A DNA stretch of 18,299 nucleotides, taken from assembly GCA_045617125.1 (NCBI GenBank), contig JAZLIA010000033.1, positions 1 to 18,299 of the forward strand. Direction: 5' to 3'. The DNA is from Clostridia bacterium (lineage in GTDB: Bacteria > Bacillota > Clostridia > Christensenellales > Aristaeellaceae). The position numbers and the translations under genes are program-made. Below, one piece after another: positions 7,228 to 13,563 of the stretch; position 1 is the first letter of the stretch, and the number at the start of each line of letters is the position of its first letter. The notes under the pieces are model-generated. The model ran no database searches, was not told where the DNA came from, and saw only the letters and a program-made list of their open reading frames with translations.

Positions 7228-8073
7228 TTATGATTTGATCGCTCCCTCAGACAAACCGGAAACCACAAACCTTTTCTGGAAAACCATAAAGAGAAGGATC
7301 ATGGGGATCTGTGCCAGAATGGAAGCCGCAAAGATCCATTCCCACCGGGTCGAATGGGCCCCCTTCAGGGATTCGATCATCACAGGCAGGGTGATCATCT
7401 TCTGGTTTCCGCCAAGAACGACCTTGGCGGAAAAGAATTCCTCCCAGGTCCCCTGCAGGCAGAAGATCGCCATGGTCCCGATGGAAGGAAGGGCCAAAGG
7501 CAGCATCACATGGAAGAAGGTGGCGAAATGCCCACCACCGTCGATGCGTACGGCCTCTTCCAGTTCCCTGGGCAACCCCTGCAGATACCCCCTGAGGAAA
7601 AACGTTCTTCCGCACACGCCGGAGCCGACATAAAGCAGGATCAGTCCCGCCTTTGTGCCGATCAGGCCGCTGGAGCCGCCGCCCAGATTCTGCAGCACCA
7701 TCACTTGAGGGATAATGCCCAGAAAACCCGGAAGCATCAGCGTGAACAGGTAGATCTTGAACAGCAGCTCCCTTCCCAGAAAGTCGATGCGCGCGAACCC
7801 GTACGCGGACAGGGAAGACACGATCACCGTAAAAAACGTGGTGAGCGCGGTGATCTCAATGCTGTTGAGGATGCTCTGCATCAGATCGGATTGGGTGAGG
7901 ATATGCTCATAAGCCGTAAAGCTGATGCGGGTGGGCCAAAGATGCGGCGGGTTTGGCAAAACATAGGTGAATTCCTCAAAGGAGTTCACAAGCATGAACC
8001 AGAAGGGCAGAATAAAGATCACGACCGAGATCAGCAGAAACAGAATGAAAAGGCCGCGTTTTACCGTTTTCAT
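7228..8073 (-). CDS. Carbohydrate ABC transporter permease (CUT1, MalG-like)
   Basis: Six predicted TM segments and the EAA loop EEAVRIDGGGHFATFFHVMLPLALP. The start lies 3 nt after the upstream permease stop. Confidence 0.9.
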   Translation of the reverse strand: MKTVKRGLFILFLLISVVIFILPFWFMLVNSFEEFTYVLPNPPHLWPTRISFTAYEHILTQSDLMQSILNSIEITALTTFFTVIVSSLSAYGFARIDFLGRELLFKIYLFTLMLPGFLGIIPQVMVLQNLGGGSSGLIGTKAGLILLYVGSGVCGRTFFLRGYLQGLPRELEEAVRIDGGGHFATFFHVMLPLALPSIGTMAIFCLQGTWEEFFSAKVVLGGNQKMITLPVMIESLKGAHSTRWEWIFAASILAQIPMILLFMVFQKRFVVSGLSEGAIKS

Positions 8074-8076
8074 GCT

Positions 8077-9024
8077 TCATTCCCCCCCATCTACCCGGAA
8101 TATCCGGTTCATGATCACCGTAGTGAGCAGCACCAGGACCGCCGTGATCAGACCGATCGCCGCGCCCTGCCCGAATTCAAACAGATTGAACGCCTTGTCA
8201 TACAATAGATACTGCAGAACGCTGGTCTTTCCCCGCGGATCACCGCCGGTAAGCATAAGCACCTGGATGAACACGCCGAAAGCGCCAATCACCATATTGA
8301 CCAGCACATAGAACGAGGTGCTCTTCAGCATCGGGAACGTAATATAGATAAACTGCTGAACGGGGCCGGCGCCTTCTATGGAGCTTGCCTCATACAGATC
8401 ATCGGAAACACTCTGCAGGCCGGCAAGATAGATGATCATCGCCCAGCCGATATTTTTCCACACCCCCAGCAGCCAGATCACAAAGTTGGCCGACCACTCC
8501 CTTTTAAGCCACGGAACATAAGCGTCCATCACATGAAACACATCGCGGAACAGATAGTTCACAAGGCCCGCTCCGCCGTTGCTGAACATGTATGAAAACA
8601 CATTGCACACAAGCACCCAGCTGGTAATGACCGGCAGATAAAAGCACGTGCGGAAAACGATACCGAAATGCTTCATCCGGTTGATCATAACGGCAAAGAT
8701 GAGGCCGAACAGCATGATGAACGGGGTGGTCACGAACGCATAAAGAAAATTATTGCGCGCGGCATACATCAGCCTGCTGCCATTCTCGGTAAACAGGGTC
8801 TTGAAATTATCAAAGCCGATACCGGTCATGGTTCGCTGAATGATATTGTAATAGGAAAAACCTAGCCTGATATTGAAGAACATCGGGTAAAGAATAAACA
8901 CGCAGGTAAGGATCAAGCCCGGCAGAACGAACACGGATGCCGCTCCGAGATTCCTGACGCGCATTCTCAGCCTCAGCTTCTTCTCCCTTTGCATCATGTA
9001 TTCCATGTGAGTCGACTGTACCAT
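8077..9024 (-). CDS. Carbohydrate ABC transporter permease (CUT1, MalF-like)
   Basis: Hydrophobic multi-TM protein with the EAA-type loop YEASSIEGAGPVQQFIYITFPMLK. The ATG at 9024 is preceded by GGAGG and a 5-nt spacer. Confidence 0.9.
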   Translation of the reverse strand: MVQSTHMEYMMQREKKLRLRMRVRNLGAASVFVLPGLILTCVFILYPMFFNIRLGFSYYNIIQRTMTGIGFDNFKTLFTENGSRLMYAARNNFLYAFVTTPFIMLFGLIFAVMINRMKHFGIVFRTCFYLPVITSWVLVCNVFSYMFSNGGAGLVNYLFRDVFHVMDAYVPWLKREWSANFVIWLLGVWKNIGWAMIIYLAGLQSVSDDLYEASSIEGAGPVQQFIYITFPMLKSTSFYVLVNMVIGAFGVFIQVLMLTGGDPRGKTSVLQYLLYDKAFNLFEFGQGAAIGLITAVLVLLTTVIMNRIFRVDGGE

Positions 9025-9077
9025 ATCGTCCTCCTGAAAATGCGGTCGGCTTCTGCACCCACGGGGCAGGCGGTTTC

Positions 9078-9120
9078 AAAAAACGGAAAAGACGGTTCGG
9101 AGGGGTTTGCCCTCCGAACC
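9078..9120 (-). terminator. Stem-loop with T-tract between the SBP and permease genes (attenuating terminator)
   Basis: Perfect 11-bp stem (9094-9104 pairs with 9110-9120) with a 5-nt loop. On the minus strand it is followed by GTCTTTTCCGTTTTTT. Confidence 0.6.
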
Positions 9121-9133
9121 GGGGCCGAAAAAA

Positions 9134-10330
9134 TCACTTGGCCAGTTCAGCATCGATGAGACCGGCGGTCATGGTCAGGGTCTCCTGAATGTCCTCGCCC
9201 TCAAAGAAGATCATGCTCATGGCATCCTTCCACAACTGTTCAACCGTAGAAGCCTGAGGGGTGGGAATGCGGCTCTTCGCATAGCTGACCTGCTGCATAT
9301 AAACGCTCCACTTGGGATCATTCTTCACAGCGTCATTTTCCACAAGGGTCTTCAGGGTCGGGATTACGCCCACTTCCAGAAGCTTGAGCTGCACTTCCTC
9401 GCTCATCATGAACTGAACGAATTCGAACGCGGCCTCCTTCTTTTCGCTGCCGGTGAAGATCACGATGTTTTCACCGCCGACAACGGAAGCGGTATTGCCG
9501 TTCCAGGTGGGGATCATCGCGGGAACGATCCTCTCAGAGAAGGGATACCAGGGGCCCTCAAAGAACATGGCATACTCGGAATTGATGCCGTCCCAGGCAT
9601 CGGGGGTTCCGTCAACGTCGCGGATGGTGAACACACCGGCGTCATGCAGTTCCACCAGAGCCTTGACCGCGTTCACACTGGCTTCACTGTCCATGTAACC
9701 GGAAGCCTTGGTGAAGCCCTCATCGGTGGTCACGCCGCCGAAGAGCCAGAAATAGGGATACAGATCCCAGTCGCCCAGGCCGGAAACGTTCAGCTTGAAC
9801 TGGCCGGGAGCCTTTTCCTTGCAGGCCGCCACAAATTCTTCCATGGTGGCGGGAGCGCCGTCAAAGCCCAGCGCCGCCATCTGATCCAGATTGATAACAG
9901 CCGCTTTGCAGTTGGTGTTCAGGGGCAGGCCATAGTAATGACCGTCCCACACATTGGTGGAAAGGGGCCCTTCCAGAACGGCATCCTTCAGCGCATCGAA
10001 GCCTTCAAGCTCATCCATGGGAATGATGCCGCCGAGCTTCGCATAGGCACTGGTCTTCACGATGTCAACACGGGCCACATCGGGAACCATACCGGTACCG
10101 AAGGCAGTGACCAGCATCTGGTTGAAGTCGCCGCTCTGACGCACCGCTTCCACCTTGATGCCGGGATGGCTCTGCTCAAACAGGGGAATGATAACTTCGT
10201 CAATGATGGGGGTCTCCTGGTCGCCATAGGTGTGCCAGAAGGTGATGGTCACTGGTTCTTCAGCAGAGGCATACGCGCATACGCCGAGCAGAAGAACAGC
10301 AGCGAGGAACAGAGAAACCAGTTTCTTCAT
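9134..10330 (-). CDS. Extracellular solute-binding protein, sugar ABC transporter (CUT1 family)
   Basis: Signal sequence MKKLVSLFLAAVLLLGVCAYASA, then ITFWHTYGDQE..., a typical CUT1 SBP N-terminus. The ATG at 10330 has GGAGGG 6 nt upstream. The two MalFG-like permease genes follow. Confidence 0.9.
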   Translation of the reverse strand: MKKLVSLFLAAVLLLGVCAYASAEEPVTITFWHTYGDQETPIIDEVIIPLFEQSHPGIKVEAVRQSGDFNQMLVTAFGTGMVPDVARVDIVKTSAYAKLGGIIPMDELEGFDALKDAVLEGPLSTNVWDGHYYGLPLNTNCKAAVINLDQMAALGFDGAPATMEEFVAACKEKAPGQFKLNVSGLGDWDLYPYFWLFGGVTTDEGFTKASGYMDSEASVNAVKALVELHDAGVFTIRDVDGTPDAWDGINSEYAMFFEGPWYPFSERIVPAMIPTWNGNTASVVGGENIVIFTGSEKKEAAFEFVQFMMSEEVQLKLLEVGVIPTLKTLVENDAVKNDPKWSVYMQQVSYAKSRIPTPQASTVEQLWKDAMSMIFFEGEDIQETLTMTAGLIDAELAK

Positions 10331-10362
10331 GATAATCCCTCCTTTTATTTTTTCATGCGCTG

Positions 10363-12168
10363 TCAGCGCAGGAAAATCATATCCCAATAAGCGAGCCGCG
10401 GCAGGCAGAAGCGCACCCCGGAGCCAAACTCATCCCGGAACAGAGAAAATTCCAGGCTCTGCATGGAAAGATCCTCTTCATCGGGAGTAGACAAAAGCAC
10501 CTGAGACGGGACCCGGTCGGTATAAATACACACTTCCCTGTTTTCAAGCACCGAAGGAGCCTTCTTCTTTTGATTGGTATCACGCCATTCCGCGTCGGTC
10601 CCCAGCAGATTCAGCAGGTGGATCACTTCGCCCGCTTCTCCCTCTTTGGCAAAATACCACACCGTATCCGCCCTGCCATCGGTCGACACCAAAGTATCCT
10701 GAATGCGCACGCGCCGATCGGCGGGCACAAGCTGATCCCTCAGCAGATTTTCATAGGCAGTGATAAAATCGTACATCCGCCGCATGGCAGCCTGCAGGGA
10801 AGTATCCATCAGCTTGTTTCCGTCATTGGGGAAATACTCATCCGACAGCATTCTGTCTCCGTTTCCTATCTCGATCCTGGCCCCGCCCGAAGCAAACACC
10901 ATGCTGTCCATCATTCTGACAGCCGGCTCGTTGAAGGTGTGCCGCCAGTTTTTGTAATTGATGTAGCCTGCCACCACCAGCGATTTTCCGCCGCTCTGCT
11001 CAGCCGCTCTGAGGATCGCCCGGTGAATGCTGTAATAGTCGTCATAGTTGTGCCCTCGGTCGTCCTGATCCCAGGGCCAGAATTCGGCATACAGAACATC
11101 GGCATTGCTCCTGTTCACATTTTCGATGCCCTGCGCGCCCACCGGATTAAACACGAGCGCCCGATCCCCGATCGATTCCTTGGCGGCATTGAGAAACTGC
11201 GTGTAGGTGTTTTTTACAAGATAGATCGGCTGACCGTTTTCGTCATACCCCAGCGGCTGACCGTCCGCCGCGGTCATCGGCCCCATTTCGCCAATGGTGT
11301 CTCCATGCCAGCCGTCAAAACCGAAGGCTGAAAACACTTCCTTTTCCCGGGCAAAAATGTATTCCTGCCATTCTTCATTCAGGGGGTTAAAATACTGCAG
11401 CACCCCCACAGGGCCAAGGGCCGCGTTCATATCGCAGGTAAAATCACTGCCGTCCTGACGGAGAAGCCGCCAGTCAGGGTCCACCCCGCTGCCATCGGTA
11501 AGATAGGTCTGGTTTGCGGCATAGATCATATTGTATGCCAGGCAGACCATTCCGTGTTCGTGAGCCGATCGGATATAGGCCCGGATGCTGTCGCCCTGAA
11601 TGCTGCGGCCGGACCAGTCATTCCACCGTTTCAGATCCTCCGCAACGGGAATATGATGGCGATACTGCCAGTCATAAAACTGCAGGCCGTTGATGTGATA
11701 GCGGTTCAGCGCTTTGATCTTATCGTTTTCAGGAGAAACGCCCGTGTAATCCCAAAGATATCCATAGCGCGGAAAACGGATCCAGGAGGAGGAACAGTCC
11801 ACGCCGCAGAAGGCTGACACGACCGTTTCCCCTTCCTTCAAAAATTCCGCCCGCAGAAGATAACCGGTAAAGTCCCGATGCGGCAAAGAAAAGGAGACCC
11901 GGTCGCCAAAGCCGGAAAAGGTTTCTTCATACACGATCTCATCCAGATGAAACAGGGTGAGGCGGACCGTATCGGTGGGCGCATCCAAACAGAAGCACAC
12001 CACTTCCTCCCCGGGAGCATAGCACGCCTTATCGGTGTCGATCTTCGCTGAAAACGTTTCCATTGCCATTCCCTCCAGCCCGGGCAGCAGCGCCGCCAGT
12101 ATCAGGCCCCAAATAATCATAGTGATCTGAAAAACAGGTTCAAAAAAATGACATCTTCTCTGTTCCAT
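10363..12168 (-). CDS. Glycoside hydrolase family 66 (dextranase / cycloisomaltooligosaccharide glucanotransferase-like), probably secreted or membrane-anchored
   Basis: GH66-like motifs: INGLQFYDWQYRH, GFDGWHGDTIGE (nucleophile region) and LYAEFWPW (acid/base region). Start chosen at the ATG at 12168 (GGAG 6 nt upstream), which gives an N-terminal RR plus 20-aa hydrophobic segment (VFQITMIIWGLILAALLPGL). The alternative start, ATG at 12063, has GGAGG 8 nt upstream and would give a cytoplasmic form. Confidence 0.8.
   Translation of the reverse strand: MEQRRCHFFEPVFQITMIIWGLILAALLPGLEGMAMETFSAKIDTDKACYAPGEEVVCFCLDAPTDTVRLTLFHLDEIVYEETFSGFGDRVSFSLPHRDFTGYLLRAEFLKEGETVVSAFCGVDCSSSWIRFPRYGYLWDYTGVSPENDKIKALNRYHINGLQFYDWQYRHHIPVAEDLKRWNDWSGRSIQGDSIRAYIRSAHEHGMVCLAYNMIYAANQTYLTDGSGVDPDWRLLRQDGSDFTCDMNAALGPVGVLQYFNPLNEEWQEYIFAREKEVFSAFGFDGWHGDTIGEMGPMTAADGQPLGYDENGQPIYLVKNTYTQFLNAAKESIGDRALVFNPVGAQGIENVNRSNADVLYAEFWPWDQDDRGHNYDDYYSIHRAILRAAEQSGGKSLVVAGYINYKNWRHTFNEPAVRMMDSMVFASGGARIEIGNGDRMLSDEYFPNDGNKLMDTSLQAAMRRMYDFITAYENLLRDQLVPADRRVRIQDTLVSTDGRADTVWYFAKEGEAGEVIHLLNLLGTDAEWRDTNQKKKAPSVLENREVCIYTDRVPSQVLLSTPDEEDLSMQSLEFSLFRDEFGSGVRFCLPRLAYWDMIFLR
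12049..12062. promoter_or_regulatory. LacI/CcpA-type operator (cre-like palindrome) TGAAAACGTTTCCA
   Basis: The site matches 13 of 14 positions of the cre consensus TGWAANCGNTNWCA and has the GAAACGTTTC core typical of LacI-family operators. It overlaps the alternative GH66 start codon, immediately downstream of the LacI-family gene. Confidence 0.4.
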
Positions 12169-12199
12169 CTCATGCTCCGTTTTCTCTGATGCTGAAAAA

Positions 12200-12228
12200 A
12201 CATTAACATGACGGCAGGAAGACGTCAA
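12200..12228 (-). promoter_or_regulatory. Candidate promoter for the GH66 operon
   Basis: The minus strand reads TTGACG (12228-12223), a 17-nt spacer, then TG-T-TAATGT (extended -10, hexamer 12205-12200). The -35 and spacer sit inside a TGACG-N9-CGTCA inverted repeat. Confidence 0.4.
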
Positions 12229-12285
12229 TAAGTTTTGCGCATAACCAACATAATAAACAGATATTTTATTGTACACTTGTGCAAT

Positions 12286-13302
12286 TTATATAATTTTACT
12301 CAGGCTCTTTCCCAGCTTCAGACGAGGCGGAAGCGTAATTTCCTGCGGCCCTTCCAGGGTGCCGGTAATGATTCCCATCAGCATTTTTACAGCATTTTCC
12401 GCTTTCAGGGAAACATCCTGATGAACCGTGGTAAGCCGTGGGCGGATCACGTGGGACAGAATATTATCATCAAAGCCCGTCACTGAAATATCATCCGGGA
12501 TGCGGAAGCCGTGATCGATCAGCCAGTCCATGGCATCCACGGCATAGTAATCGGAGGTGAACATGAAAAGGGTGTATTCCCCTGCCCGTTCCGCCAGTTC
12601 TTCAAACGACTGCACCCTTCTTTTTCGTTCCTTGGAAAGGAAAAAATAATCCTGTTCCCGCCACGGGATACCGGCTTCCGTCAACGCGTCCCAGTGCCCC
12701 CGCAAACGATACGCGTCCACACCGCATGGGACCGGCTGATCCCCCACAAAGAGGATGCTGCGATGCCCCGCCGCGATCGCATGCCGCGTAAGGAGGCGCA
12801 TGCCCCCGCGATCATCCAGACCTACATTGTTGTAATGTTCATTTTCATGAAAATAGCAATCCACAAACACAATGGGCTTGTGGATCTGCTTTACCAGCTC
12901 CCGGCACTGATCCGCCTGAAGCCCCAGAACGATCAGGCCGTCCGTGTTCCAGAGGCCCGCGATGTGATTGATCTCGTTGATATTCTGGGCCGCGTGCAGC
13001 ATCATGTAATACCCGTTCGCCTGGATCGCGTTATCCAGAGCGCCGATCATCTCACTCACAAACGGATCCTGCAAGGCATATTTTTCTTCCAGATTCGGGT
13101 AATTGGTAATGACGCCAATGATGCTGCTGGCTCCCTTCGCCAGCATCCGGGCCCCCATATTCGGGATGTACTGGTACTCTTCAATCTTGCTGCGGATCCT
13201 CTGCGCGGTCTCCGGGGACATTTTTTCCAGATGACCGTGGATCACGTTGGACACCGTTGCGGCGGACACATGCAGCGCCTCCGCAATTTCCTTGATGGTC
13301 AT
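12286..13302 (-). CDS. LacI-family transcriptional regulator
   Basis: N-terminal HTH MTIKEIAEALHVSAATVSNVIHG followed by a periplasmic-binding-protein-like sugar-binding fold (IIGVITNY..., VDGLIVLG-like segments). The ATG at 13302 has GGAGG 4 nt upstream. Confidence 0.9.
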   Translation of the reverse strand: MTIKEIAEALHVSAATVSNVIHGHLEKMSPETAQRIRSKIEEYQYIPNMGARMLAKGASSIIGVITNYPNLEEKYALQDPFVSEMIGALDNAIQANGYYMMLHAAQNINEINHIAGLWNTDGLIVLGLQADQCRELVKQIHKPIVFVDCYFHENEHYNNVGLDDRGGMRLLTRHAIAAGHRSILFVGDQPVPCGVDAYRLRGHWDALTEAGIPWREQDYFFLSKERKRRVQSFEELAERAGEYTLFMFTSDYYAVDAMDWLIDHGFRIPDDISVTGFDDNILSHVIRPRLTTVHQDVSLKAENAVKMLMGIITGTLEGPQEITLPPRLKLGKSLSKII

Positions 13303-13364
13303 TTTACCTCCGCCTGTCTTTCCATGCCTAATAAGGGTTACAGCATTCATAATTACCAGGGGGG

Positions 13365-13559
13365 ATCGGGGGCCCGTAGGCCCCCGATGATAATCGTATC
13401 GCCCGGCTTTGCCGGGCGTGCGGGGCGTTTCCGAAGGAAACATACCGATATCCGGGCCCGGCCGTACCATGATGGCTGTAATGCCATCATGGTACAGGGC
13501 TCGGATGTAATCCAGCATGAAAACACAGTTTTCATGCTGAGGGGCTATGTAATAGCCCC
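13365..13559. other. Cluster of six consecutive perfect stem-loops in the SpoIID-like/LacI intergenic spacer (function unknown)
   Basis: Perfect inverted repeats at 13365-13388 (10 bp stem), 13400-13418 (8), 13427-13441 (6), 13464-13495 (13), 13513-13539 (12) and 13541-13559 (8). There is also the palindrome CCGGGCCCGG at 13452-13461. The hairpins share no sequence and none has a U-tract. Confidence 0.5.
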
Positions 13560-13563
13560 CATT

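Noticed and set aside
9134-10330. Both binding proteins (this one and 3411-4553) have a Cys in the signal peptide but no canonical lipobox (LGVC and LALC). Instead they have AxA signal-peptidase I sites (ASA/EE and ALA/DV).
   Set aside because: This is unusual for monoderm SBPs, which are normally lipoproteins. I cannot judge it reliably without a predictor (SignalP or LipoP) or knowledge of the organism's envelope, so I did not raise it as a finding.
10356-10370. A perfect 7-1-7 palindrome, TGCGCTG-T-CAGCGCA, overlapping the GH66 stop codon upstream of the SBP gene.
   Set aside because: About one perfect 7-1-7 palindrome is expected by chance in 18 kb. It resembles no operator family I know and no second copy is present, so I kept it only as a note.
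9107-10390. A 427-aa plus-strand ORF antisense to the CUT1 binding-protein gene.
   Set aside because: Shadow ORF. The opposite strand encodes a canonical SBP with a strong RBS and operon context.
12169-12276. The upstream part of the 637-aa GH66 ORF (MYNKISVYYVGYAQ...).
   Set aside because: It overlaps the AT-rich promoter region and the LacI stop, has no RBS, and the first well-supported start is at 12168. The analogous unsupported extensions at 3136-3321, 4554-4607, 5424-5510 and 10331-10387 were also trimmed.
12269-12284. An imperfect palindrome, TTGTACAC-TTGTGCAA, two nt after the LacI stop, considered as a possible LacI operator.
   Set aside because: Only 6 of 8 positions are symmetric, it lacks the central CG, and it lies about 40 bp upstream of the candidate -35. 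The site at 12049-12062 is a much better LacI-type operator. The GTTTTGCGCATAAC palindrome at 12232-12245 is similarly weak.
13303-13518. A 72-codon in-frame N-terminal extension of the LacI ORF, and the 60-aa ORF at 13353-13535, both running through the hairpin cluster.
   Set aside because: There is no SD before the ATG at 13518. The ATG at 13302 has GGAGG, and the HTH motif starts immediately there. The extension is made entirely of palindromic DNA, so the open frame is probably incidental.
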